A stretch of DNA of 64,000 nucleotides, from assembly GCA_963793305.1 (NCBI GenBank), contig CAWBZV010000012.1, positions 1-64,000 of the forward strand, written 5' to 3'. The notes under the pieces are model-generated. The model made no database searches. It had not been told where the DNA came from and saw only the letters and a program-made list of their open reading frames with translations. Source of the DNA: an uncultured Gemmatimonadales bacterium. GTDB lineage: Bacteria > Gemmatimonadota > Gemmatimonadetes > Gemmatimonadales > Gemmatimonadaceae. This document shows, in pieces, positions 47,738 to 57,874 of this stretch; the stretch's first letter is position 1; each line of letters opens with the position of its first letter. Position numbers and translations under genes: made by a program.

Positions 47738-49177
47738 ATGAGACGCATACTTCTTCTCAGCCTCGCCGGCACCGCGCTCGTCGGGTGCAAGGACTCGAAC
47801 GTCCCGTTCCTCACGGCGCCGACGAACATTCCGAACTCGACGGCGGGCATTCAGAATGCCGTGACGGGCCTCATCAGCGGCTCACGCAACGACGTGCAGA
47901 GTTACATGGTCGATGCGGCGGCCTTCGCGCGCGACGGTGGCAACTACACCAACACTGAGCCACGCTTTATCACCTACGAGTTGGGCCTCGACCCGATCAA
48001 TCCGGCGTGGTCGAGTACGTGGACATTCAGCTACGCCAACATTCTGCAGGCGCACCAGATCATCAGCACGGTGCCGCAGATCGCGCCCACGTTGTCGACC
48101 GCCCAGGCGGCGGCCCTCACGGGGGTGGTGCAGACCATCGAGGCGTACAACTACATGAACGTGGCCGAGGATCATGACTCGCTCGGCATGGCGATCCTCC
48201 CGGCGCAGACCACCGGGACGACGCCACCACCAGCGGTGTGCTTCAAGGATGGCTGGAAGTACATCACGGCACTCCTCGACTCCGCCTACACGAACCTGCA
48301 GGCTGGCGGCGGCGGAGCACTGCCCGTTAAGCTCCCGGACGGATTCAGCGCAGTGAGCGCCTCTGGGACCGCGTTTGCGTCTTTCAACCGCGCGCTCGCG
48401 GGCAAGGCGTACCTCGAGTATGCCTACGCGATCGCTCGGAGCTCCGGCGGCTCGGCACCGACGCCGACGACCGCTGGCTCGCCGGACCTGACAGCCTTGA
48501 CCGCGGCGGACAACGCTCTCGCACTATCGGCGTTGCTCGACACGACCAAGCTCACGGTCAACTCCCCGGCCGGCTTCACACCCGACGGCTATAGCGTGCT
48601 CCATAACTTCAGCGGCAAGTCGGGCGATGCCGTCAACCCGATGAACGGCCTATTCGGCACGTTCCGCATCCTCAACACGATCCCGTCGAGCCAGGATACG
48701 GTGAAGGATGCCCGCTGGCTGGCGAAGTTCCAGATCACGACCGCCGCCCCACAGCAGCAGACGTACGACGCGCCCGTGTCACCGTATATCTATACGATGT
48801 ACGCCACCACAGACTCGTATATCCCGATCGTTCGGAACGAAGAGCTGGCGCTCGTGCGCGCGCAGATCCAGCTTGGCCTGGGGAACTACGCGACCGCGGC
48901 GAACTACATTAATGCCGTACGGACCAGAGTCGGCAAGTTGCCGGCGGCGGTGATCGCCGCGACCTACCTCTCGACCCGCGACGCACTGCTCCACGAGCAG
49001 CAAATCTCGACCGCGCTCGAGGCGAGCGGCGACCGCATGATCGCCCTGCGCATGTACGACCTGGAAGTGCAGCAGGATACGACGTGGGGCAAAAACGACC
49101 TCCACACAACCGTCCAACCCATTCCGTTCGCGGAGACCACCGCGCGCGGCGGTAGCTTCACCACCACCTGTCCGTAG
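47738..49177 (+). CDS. SusD/RagB family lipoprotein
   Basis: Lipobox LVGC, directly after susC; PIVRNEELALVRAQ, INAVRTR, GDRMIALR. Confidence 0.9.
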   Translation: MRRILLLSLAGTALVGCKDSNVPFLTAPTNIPNSTAGIQNAVTGLISGSRNDVQSYMVDAAAFARDGGNYTNTEPRFITYELGLDPINPAWSSTWTFSYANILQAHQIISTVPQIAPTLSTAQAAALTGVVQTIEAYNYMNVAEDHDSLGMAILPAQTTGTTPPPAVCFKDGWKYITALLDSAYTNLQAGGGGALPVKLPDGFSAVSASGTAFASFNRALAGKAYLEYAYAIARSSGGSAPTPTTAGSPDLTALTAADNALALSALLDTTKLTVNSPAGFTPDGYSVLHNFSGKSGDAVNPMNGLFGTFRILNTIPSSQDTVKDARWLAKFQITTAAPQQQTYDAPVSPYIYTMYATTDSYIPIVRNEELALVRAQIQLGLGNYATAANYINAVRTRVGKLPAAVIAATYLSTRDALLHEQQISTALEASGDRMIALRMYDLEVQQDTTWGKNDLHTTVQPIPFAETTARGGSFTTTCP

Positions 49178-49184
49178 GTCGCGC

Positions 49185-49955
49185 TTAGCGCGGCGGCGAC
49201 GAATCCTCTTTCGTCGCCGCCGTGTCGGCGGCTGTCTCCGGACCGACGCCCATCGTCCGCAGATAGAGATTCAGCGAGCCGAACGTCAGCTTCGACTTGA
49301 TCTGCAGCACCGCCCGCGTCGAATCGTCCGAGACCCACACCTCGGCGTGCCCGCCCTCTGAAAAAATTCCCGGCGTCTTGAAGATCGGCTGCACGACGAT
49401 CGCGTCGAACGTCCCCGCCGGCACCGTGACCTTCTCTTTCCGCAGCACCTTCAGGATGACGGGGTTGATCTTCGGCCGGAAATACCGGTCGTACTGATAC
49501 GTCTGCCCCACGACGAGCGGCTGGGTCCTCACAAAATACAAGAACGTCGCGTCGTCCAACGGATTCGGCACCGAGGGCTCGGGCTGCTTCCCTTCCTGCT
49601 GCATCGTCTGCGACTCGGGATAGAACTCGAATCGCCGATGCACGTGATGCCCGCCCTCGTTGACGTCCTGCCAGAACCGGAACAACGTCATCGTCGACGG
49701 ATCGAACCAGCTCTCGGTCGTGTCGTTCACGTGATATAACAACGCGCTCCCCTGCACCGCGAACAAGACGTGCAACACGTCCTTCCCGTGCACCGTGTCA
49801 CCGCCGGTCAGCGCGAGCGTCGCGTGCCCCACGCGCAGGGAGCCAAATTTCACGTTGTACGTGAAGCGCTCCCCTGCTTTGAACGGGATCGGGTCCGTCT
49901 GCGCCGCGACGGTCCGGGCCGCGAGCGCGAGACCCGCAATGAGGGAAAACCGCAC
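49185..49955 (-). CDS. DUF3108 family secreted protein
   Basis: Signal peptide from GTG 49955; PFKAGERFTYNVKFG, EKVTVPAGTFD, EVWVSDD. Confidence 0.8.
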   Translation of the reverse strand: MRFSLIAGLALAARTVAAQTDPIPFKAGERFTYNVKFGSLRVGHATLALTGGDTVHGKDVLHVLFAVQGSALLYHVNDTTESWFDPSTMTLFRFWQDVNEGGHHVHRRFEFYPESQTMQQEGKQPEPSVPNPLDDATFLYFVRTQPLVVGQTYQYDRYFRPKINPVILKVLRKEKVTVPAGTFDAIVVQPIFKTPGIFSEGGHAEVWVSDDSTRAVLQIKSKLTFGSLNLYLRTMGVGPETAADTAATKEDSSPPR

Positions 49956-49956
49956 G

Positions 49957-51144
49957 TCAGGCCAACGCGGGCTCGGCGCGGAGCCGGCGACGGAGCGCGA
50001 AGCGCCTCCGCGCGAGCGCGAGCCCAATCAACATCGCGGCCGTCACCAGAATGCTGGAGCGGAGCGCCCATGTCTTCGGGCCATCGAGCTGTGCTCCGGG
50101 CCGCGCCAACTTCTTGCCATCATATCGCACAATCGGATTCAAGAACATGAGCGTATGGGGTGTCGAGATCACCGTGCGCACATATGGATCACCGGGCTGG
50201 ATGGCATACGATGCCGACTGGACACCGAACGCCCGAGCGAGCAATCGGCCACCTTGCCCGATAAAGTCAATGCGCGACACGGGTCCCTCACAGGTCACGG
50301 TGAGTGTATCACCGCGAACCGCAATCTGTTCCGGATGCGCGTCGCTTCTCGCTTGATGTCCAGCCACCGCATAGGTCCGCCCGGCTTTGAGCGCCTCAAC
50401 GACGTCGGCGGCTCTCGTGCTCGGCGTCAGAATTTCCGTCCACATCGCGCCAGTCTGCCCGGCGTCCGTGATGTTGTGCGAGTCGTCACTGCCGATCGCC
50501 CAGACGGCGTGCCCGCTCGAGAGCGCGACATCCCACAGTGAGTCCGAGACCACGAAGTGGTTGAGCACTTCGAAGAGCTGATAGTGCGTCAGAAAGCGAA
50601 GATCGTCTCGCGAATACCCGCCGCGTAACGCGGGATGCGCGAGCGCGACCAATGACGCGTCGCCGGCGACCCGATCAATGACGTACTGCTTCTCCGAGCG
50701 CGACTGGGGCAGCGGAAAGTCGAACCAGACGACATGCCGCGCGTTGATCCCCAAGAGATGCGTCTTGAGCGCATTGACCCCATGCTCGTACACGGGCACG
50801 AACGACGAATCGGTCCGATGGTGATCGATGTGCAGGTAATCCGACACGCCCGCGATGTCGTAGCCCAACTTGTTATAGTAGTAATCGACGATGGCGCTGT
50901 CTGTTTGGCGCCCCTCGGTGAGCCCACCCCACGCCCGGCCATGCGCATGGAAGTTCGCGGTCCGCCAGTGCGCGCCAGCGGGGGCATCGGCGTACGGATT
51001 ATAAAAGGCCGTGCCGCTGAACGGGGCTGGTGTTGGAAAGCGATATACCGGACCAATCGCATACGGCGCGATCGCGATCCCCAGCGGGACCCCGATCACG
51101 ATCAGCGCTGCCCATTTCACGAACGCGACTATACGCTGCACCAT
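49957..51144 (-). CDS. Membrane-anchored PHP-domain metallohydrolase
   Basis: NFHAH, VSDY, YEHG, LAHP, FEVLN, GSDDSH; N- and C-terminal TM helices. Confidence 0.8.
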   Translation of the reverse strand: MVQRIVAFVKWAALIVIGVPLGIAIAPYAIGPVYRFPTPAPFSGTAFYNPYADAPAGAHWRTANFHAHGRAWGGLTEGRQTDSAIVDYYYNKLGYDIAGVSDYLHIDHHRTDSSFVPVYEHGVNALKTHLLGINARHVVWFDFPLPQSRSEKQYVIDRVAGDASLVALAHPALRGGYSRDDLRFLTHYQLFEVLNHFVVSDSLWDVALSSGHAVWAIGSDDSHNITDAGQTGAMWTEILTPSTRAADVVEALKAGRTYAVAGHQARSDAHPEQIAVRGDTLTVTCEGPVSRIDFIGQGGRLLARAFGVQSASYAIQPGDPYVRTVISTPHTLMFLNPIVRYDGKKLARPGAQLDGPKTWALRSSILVTAAMLIGLALARRRFALRRRLRAEPALA

Positions 51145-51163
51145 GGAAAGCTATATTGGCTCC

Positions 51164-52258
51164 ATGACGAGCACACGTGGCGCGGCCATCGTCTACCGTC
51201 TCTATGATGTGGGCTTCGAAATCGATCTCAATCGCGCGGCCGAGCTGCTCACGGCGGCGCGCGATGCGGGCGAGCCCTTGCGTGTGCGACCGGTGCGTGG
51301 GGAGGCCCAAGCGATTCAGATCGCGAACCCACCGATCACGGTGGCGCTCGGCGCCGAGTCGCTGGGGGTTCCCGGCGCCGCAGGGCCCGCGGAGGTCTCG
51401 ACCAGGATCTTCGACTTTGGCGTCGTCTCGCTGCGGATCACGATCCCCGCCGCCGAGATGACGTGGGCCGAGTTCACGGCTTTTGGCAATGCGGTGGACG
51501 TGGGGTTCGACCTGACGCCGATATTCGACCGCCAGCTGGCGTCGCTGCTGGCCTGCATCGGGCCGGCGGTCGAGCGACAGGAGGTCAAGAAGGTCACCGA
51601 AGACTACGTCGTCTTTCGCATCACCTCGCGCCTGAGTCCGGATACCTGGCGCGATGAGAACATTGTCCCGTTGTTGCTCAACGAGCGGCGAGCGCTCTCC
51701 GACATCGCGCGGAGCGAGCTCCTGCCGCATCGGTTCTCGTACTACACCGATGACCTGACCATCCTCACGTGGGACAACGCGCTCATCGTCGAGCCGTCGG
51801 CGGACGACGCGGACGTCCAATACATCCTCGAGTTCGCCAACGCGCAACTGCTCGAGCTCCGCGTGTACGATGCGATTCTCGACGCCGAGTTGCCGAAGAT
51901 GTACGATCGCGTTGCCGTGGCGCGGCCGCGGGGCGCCGGCCTCTTGCGCGGGCGATACGCGCTCATCCTCGCCGATTTGCAGGCGCTCGTCGCGGATTCG
52001 ACGGAGCTGGTCGAGCGCGTCGAGAGCGCGCTCAAGGTCACGGACGACGTCTATCTCGCGCGGATCTACACGGCGGCGCTGGAGATTTTCCGGGGTCGCG
52101 AGTGGCGCGCCGCGATCGACCGCAAGTTGTCGATCATTCGCGAGACGTACGACATGCTGAATGCGGAGTCGCAGGCCGCCCGCTCGGAGGCTCTCGAGCT
52201 CTTGATCGTGGTGTTGATCATGCTCGAGATCCTCCTCGCGATTCTACTCCGCCATTAG
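51164..52258 (+). CDS. Conserved membrane protein, RMD1/DUF155-like
   Basis: YRLYDVG, FDFGVVSL, ILEFANAQLLELRVYD, DDVYLARIY, C-terminal TM ELLIVVLIMLEI; TATATT 6 nt before ATG 51164. Confidence 0.65.
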   Translation: MTSTRGAAIVYRLYDVGFEIDLNRAAELLTAARDAGEPLRVRPVRGEAQAIQIANPPITVALGAESLGVPGAAGPAEVSTRIFDFGVVSLRITIPAAEMTWAEFTAFGNAVDVGFDLTPIFDRQLASLLACIGPAVERQEVKKVTEDYVVFRITSRLSPDTWRDENIVPLLLNERRALSDIARSELLPHRFSYYTDDLTILTWDNALIVEPSADDADVQYILEFANAQLLELRVYDAILDAELPKMYDRVAVARPRGAGLLRGRYALILADLQALVADSTELVERVESALKVTDDVYLARIYTAALEIFRGREWRAAIDRKLSIIRETYDMLNAESQAARSEALELLIVVLIMLEILLAILLRH

Positions 52259-52271
52259 CGCGCGGCTCGTC

Positions 52272-55200
52272 CTACTTGCATTTCGCCAAGTACGCTTTGA
52301 TCACCTGCACCGCGACGCCCAGCCGCCAGAGATCCTGCCAGCCGTAGTACCCGCCTCCCCGTGGCACGTAGTGCTCTATGCCGAGGCAGCCGAATAACCC
52401 CGTGGTGGGCTTGTTCGGCAGCGCAGCATACGGGTTGAACGTCGCCATCGGATCCGCCCCTCCAACGTTGGGGGTGTTCTCGAAGATCGAGATCGAACCA
52501 CCGATCGCGCTCGTCGGGCCAGGAATGCACGCGGTCGGAACCGTCTGACACAACTGGTATGCGGCCACCGTCGAGTCGGCCTTGGTCCCCGGGGGCGGGA
52601 ACATCGGATTGCTACCGGTGATGTCGCCGGCAGTGCAAGACGGCAGGTTGATGCTGCAGTACCCTTGATTCGGCGTGAACGCGCAGTCCTGCCCAGGCAG
52701 GTTGCACGTCGGACCGGGAATTCCGCCGCTACTGGCTGGAGCGGGGCCGTTGCCGGGCGGGCCATTGCTGGCTCCCGGAGCCGTTGGGCCGGGGCCAGGA
52801 TCGCCGGATCCGGGCGGTATGTCGCTCCATCCACTACCATCGCAGACCGCGAACTCCCCGTTCCCGCAGAAGAACGTGCCGCTCGCATCCGTCGAATTGA
52901 TCGGATCTCCACCGCCGAACGCGTATTGGTTGATGCCCCCCGACAGCCCGAGCGGATCCGGCAACAGGAAACGCCGGGTGACGGGGTCGTACCAGCGCGC
53001 CCGCATGTAATACAGCGACGTGACCCCATCCTCGTACAACAAGGACTTCCACCGCAGCGGTGTCGTATCGCTGGTGGTGGCGACGCGAGCGTTCCCCCAG
53101 GGATCGTATTGAATCGAGTCTTCGATCCCCGAGCTATTGAACTGGCCGATGACATTGCCGCCCGCATCGAGCGCATAGTAGTGCACCGTCGACGAGCCTT
53201 TCGCGCCCTTGATGCGTATCAGCGGATAATCCGCTGTGCCGGGATAGTACGCGAACTCGGACAAGCGGGTATTCGCCGAACCGTCGAGGATCGCCATCAA
53301 CTGATTGTTGTCCCAGAGATAGTACCGATCCACCGTGCCGTTCGTGGTGCGACGCGCGAGCTGACCGTAGTTGTCGTAGTCGTAGATCCGCGTGGTGTCG
53401 CCCGATACGATCTGCGCCAGGCGACCGTCCGCGCTCCACGTATACTGCCTCGTGGTGGAACCACTCGTCATACCAGAACGGTCGCCGTCCGAGTCGACGG
53501 TGAACGTGAGCGCGCCCCACGCGGTCAATCGACCATCGGACCCGACGGTGCCGATGGTGTCCGCCGAACCCACGACAACAGTGTCGAGACTCCCGGCCGC
53601 GTCGAACCTGTAGCCGTCCGTCTCGTCCGTCTGCACGACACGCGTCTCGTTTACCGTGCAGCCGTTGCCGTACAGCTGGTTCCCCGGACACGAGGTGATA
53701 TTGTCGTTCCACTGACCGATCTGTCGTTGCTGGAGCTCGCCCACCCCATCGTACGAATAGAACTCGACGGAGTCCGGCTTCACCACACCGTGATCGAGCT
53801 CAATCACGTGGGAGAGATTGTCGTACCCGTAGCCTCGATACAGGTTGAACCCGGTCCACGTCGTGTTTCCGAGCATGCCGAAGGACGTATAGGCATCGAT
53901 GCGGCTCCCACTGACGCCGGTAAACAGCATCGTGTCCGTTCGGAACACCGGGTCGCGACGGAATGAGATCGTGTCGGGGCCGACGACGACGTGATCCAGC
54001 GTCCCGGTCGTCGCGTTGTAGAGGAATTTCCGCGTGTACGGATCGATCCCGGTGACGTTGCTGCTGACCGTGGTCGTCATGGAATCGACGCGATCGTGCG
54101 AGTCGTAGAAGTACGTCCGCTTGTACGACCGATTACCGGCCAGCAGAAAAATGGTGGTCGACGAATCGACATTGCCCGTGCTGGGCGAGAGGTAGCTAAT
54201 CTCGCGCGTGACCGGATTCCAGGCGTTGACCGTGTCGCCCAGCTTGGAGTACGTGATGATCTCCAACGTATCGAGCTCGCCGGTGAAGCTCGGCGGCCGG
54301 TGCACGTGCGTCACCCGGCCCAGCAGATCGTAGAGATACTTGACCATCTGGCCCTGCCGATTCGTCGTCGTCGCCGTCGTCAACCTCGACGTATACGTGG
54401 TCGTCTCCGTGCGATTCGCCGGATCGGTCTGCGTGACGGGCAGATTCACCGCGTTGTATGTGGCGCTGAACACTTCCCCTTTGGGATTCGTCAGGGATGT
54501 GACGTTGAGGCCATCGCGCTGGTAGATCGTCGGGTTCGCGTGCACCCCATCGAACACGGAGTCCACCCGGTTTAGGAGATCGTACAGCGTCGTCGTCACC
54601 TGCGTGGTGATCTGACTCGTGTTGCTGTAGGCGCTCAGCGTCACCACTGAGTCCCGGCCGAAGCGGTCGAACCGCCTGGCGGTGAAGTGCTGACTGGATT
54701 TCAGCATGACCGTGTCTACGTTGCCGGTCCAGCTGTCGTACACAAAGCGCGTCGTATCGCGAACGCCGTCGACCATCGAGGTGTCCCGCAGCCGCGCGTC
54801 GGGGTGGTAGCGCGTCGTGTCGCCTCCCACCACGGTCGAATCGATGTGCCCGCGCGTCCCGATGAAGAACTGCTGCGTGGGCTGGTTGGTACCGGAGATC
54901 TGGAGCGGTTGGTCGAATGCGCCGTACTGGTAACTCGTCGCAACCTGTCCGGCCGGCTGACTGAAGACGAGCAGCGGCCCGCTATACTGGTACTCATCGA
55001 CGCCTCCGACCGGGTGGGTCACCGTCGCCGGGTATCCGTTCTGATCGTAGGTCACGCTCATCTGGATCCCCATGTTCGTGGTCGAGACGAGCGGCTGTCC
55101 CCACCGATCGGCCGTGAACTGGGTCGTGTCACCGCCGGCGGTCACCACCATGCTTTGGACGAGGTCCGCCTCGACGGGCGTTGCGGGTGTCGTACTCGTC

Positions 55201-57165
55201 AGGCCGGTCGGCACGCCGACGGTCTGCCATGGCGTATAGGTCGTCACGAGGTGAATCGTGCTCAACGTCCCGGTCGAATTGAAGTCGAGCGGCACCTTCG
55301 GCGTGCTCGCCGTCGCCAGCTTCGACGTGATCGGCTCGAACGTGTAGGTCGTGACGTTGCCATTGCGATCGGTGAGGGAGTCGAGTCGACCCGATGAATC
55401 GTAGCCGAACTTCGTGCTATCCCCATCGGGGTCCGTCCATTTCCGCAGGAAACCGCTCGCATCGACCGAGACCAACGTCACCCGGCCGCTGTCGGGCGCG
55501 TTGTCGTTCCCGCGGGGCTCCACGATTTTCGCCAGATGGCCGTTCGCGTCGTAGTGGAGCGTGATGTGCGTGTGCGCCCCATGGTACATCCGCAAAGGGT
55601 CGGAGATGGTGAGCACGCGCGCCTCCGGTCCGAGGCTATCGTCGGTAAACCACACCGTGTCCTTCGCCGTCCGATCCACGACATATCCGGCGGTCTGGCC
55701 GTTCGTCGCGCCCCATACCTCCTTCGAGGAGTCGGGATAGTCCCGCTCCGGACTTCTCGGTACGCCCAGGCTGTCGTGGCTGTTGATCAAGGAGAACACT
55801 CCCGGCGGATCCGTCGTGCCACACGAACACGCGTTCGTGGTGGGATACGTGATCTCGCCGCCGTCGCCGGTCGCCGCCAGGTACTTCGTTTGGTCGACCG
55901 TGCCGTTCGCGTGAAAGTAGCTGTAGAGTTTCGGCGCGCCGGAGAGCGTCCAACCGCGCGCGTACGGCGACGCGCGCTCGTTCAAGACAGCCAGCGTGTG
56001 GGAGGTGTCGGTCACCTGCTCCGTGTGGCCGTCGGCGAAGATCGCCGTCACCACGAGTTGCATCTCGTACGCACCGGAGACGAATCCCGAGGGCAACGTG
56101 GCGTCGACGTTGATCGCGCCGGCGAGTCGGAACGGCTTAGTCGTGCCGTTCGCGGGGGAAGCGCTGAAATTGAGAATCGTCTCGCCGTTCGTGAACGTCG
56201 CCCAGGTGCCGTGCACCAGCGCCTGGAACGTGTACTTCGTCACGGACGGGGCGCCGCTGACCAACGTGACATCCGCGTAGACCACCGGACGAAGCGCGAC
56301 CCGATCGCCGTTGTACACGAGGCGCACTCGATTCGCGGCACCGCTGGTGATGTACCCGGGCGTGCTCATCGATGCGGTCATCGCGAAGCAATTGACGGCG
56401 CAGCGCTTGACGTTCTTGGTCATCTTGATTCGTGTAGCTCGTCGATACGAGGAACGAGTGCCCGATGGTGTAGGCGTAGCTGCCCGTCGCGCTCGCACCG
56501 CTCAAGCTCGCCGTGAGCCGAATGGCCCCTGTCGCGCCGACCGAATCGGTGACGGCGAAGTGCACCGCGACGTTGGAGGAGCCTTGCGCGCCGACCGTCA
56601 CGGATGACGGCGCGGTGCAACTCGCGATGCCTCCAGGCGAGGGCGTGCAACTGAGGCTGAGGGCGAAGTTCTCGCTCACGCTCATCTGACTCGTGACTTT
56701 GAAGACGACCGAGTCACTCGTGCGGGAGATGAGCGTGATACCACTGTCAGCCGGCGTGACCACCGCCGGTGGATGGTTGATCGTCAGATTGAAGTTGCCA
56801 CACGAGCCATTCATGCCGTTGCCGAACCCGCTACACGCGGTGACCGCAAACGTGTTGGTGCCCGGTATCAGCGTGTAGGTGCCCGAGCTCGTGTCGCACG
56901 AGACGCCGCCGAAGGAAAGCGCCGCGCCATTGAACGTTCCTGACGCGCTTTGGAGCGGCGCCCCGGCGGGACAGACCGAGATGGTCTCGGTGATGGTGGG
57001 CGCAGTGACCGTAGTGATCGACGGATTGAACGTCACCGTCGGTGGCGGGTTGTGACAGGTATCGCACATGAAGTACGGTCGTGGGTGCGCTTGCTGTGCG
57101 AGCACCCCGGTGGCGAACGCGCACAGGGTGACGAGCAGCGCTAGGGCGAGCGAACGAACGGACAT
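52272..57165 (-). CDS. Secreted RHS/YD-repeat protein with Ig-like N-terminal domains (+1 frameshift near 56417)
   Basis: GAGGAG RBS, signal peptide, YD repeats, RHS core YDPWG, LYYMRARWYDP, GINQYAF, DPINSTDASG; joins to ~1630 aa. Confidence 0.9.
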
Positions 57166-57212
57166 CGGCTCCTCGGGCTACGAGAGGGGAACTGCGGACC
57201 CCCCTCTCATTA

Positions 57213-57228
57213 GGCACCGGATGTGCCG
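57213..57228 (-). promoter_or_regulatory. Candidate sigma-54 promoter of the RHS gene
   Basis: Minus strand CGGCACATCCGGTGCC (GG-N10-GC); repeated GCGAA motifs about 90-120 nt further upstream. Confidence 0.45.
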
Positions 57229-57360
57229 GGCCAGATCGCGGCGCAACCTGCAGTAGGATCACGCGTTGCGTCTCACGGCCACCTTCGCCGTTCGCGTTAT
57301 TCGCAGGGCGCGCGTGCGAATTCGCGCGACAAAATGCGAAAAACGCGAATGGGCGGCGAG

Positions 57361-57873
57361 CTAGCGAGACTGCCGCGCCAACTGCTGGGTCAGCGCCGGG
57401 ACGACGCCGGCGCCGCGGAGATACGCGGTGAGTTGGCCGCGATGGTGCGACTCGTGGCCGATCACGAACCACAGGCCGGATAAGCGACTCATCGCGCCAG
57501 AAGGAACCAGGCGGCTCGGCTGCGTGTCCGAGATAAGCCGCTCGCCGTGTTGGCGTATTCGACCTCGCACTTCGTCACCCGTCGTCCGAAGCAGCGCGAT
57601 GAGCTCGGCCTTGGTGCGCACGCGCGGCAGCGCGGCGCGTACGGCATCCATCACAGCGGGCTTGAAGAGATTGCCGAAGTTACACTCGGGGGCGAGCAAC
57701 TCGTTGGTGAACGCGATGCCGTGCTCGGCGACGTGTTGGCCGATCTCGCGGATCGACCGCGCCTGCGGGTCGGGTCGGTAGTCGAGTTGATCCTCGGAGA
57801 CGAGATCGATCTCCGACATCACGCCATTCCGCGTCGCTTCCCAGACCGCCAGCGCTTCGTCAACGAGACCCAT
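57361..57873 (-). CDS. DinB family protein
   Basis: LDYRP, RSIREIGQHV, HESHHRGQLTAYLRGAGVVP. Confidence 0.88.
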   Translation of the reverse strand: MGLVDEALAVWEATRNGVMSEIDLVSEDQLDYRPDPQARSIREIGQHVAEHGIAFTNELLAPECNFGNLFKPAVMDAVRAALPRVRTKAELIALLRTTGDEVRGRIRQHGERLISDTQPSRLVPSGAMSRLSGLWFVIGHESHHRGQLTAYLRGAGVVPALTQQLARQSR

Positions 57874-57874
57874 G

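Noticed and set aside
51164..52258. Convergent RMD1-like gene as RHS immunity protein
   Set aside because: Wrong orientation, own promoter, and it resembles a conserved housekeeping-type membrane family.
57182..57208. Hairpin GAGAGGGG-N11-CCCCTCTC upstream of the RHS gene as terminator or riboswitch
   Set aside because: No U-tract on either strand and no recognisable aptamer; function cannot be supported.
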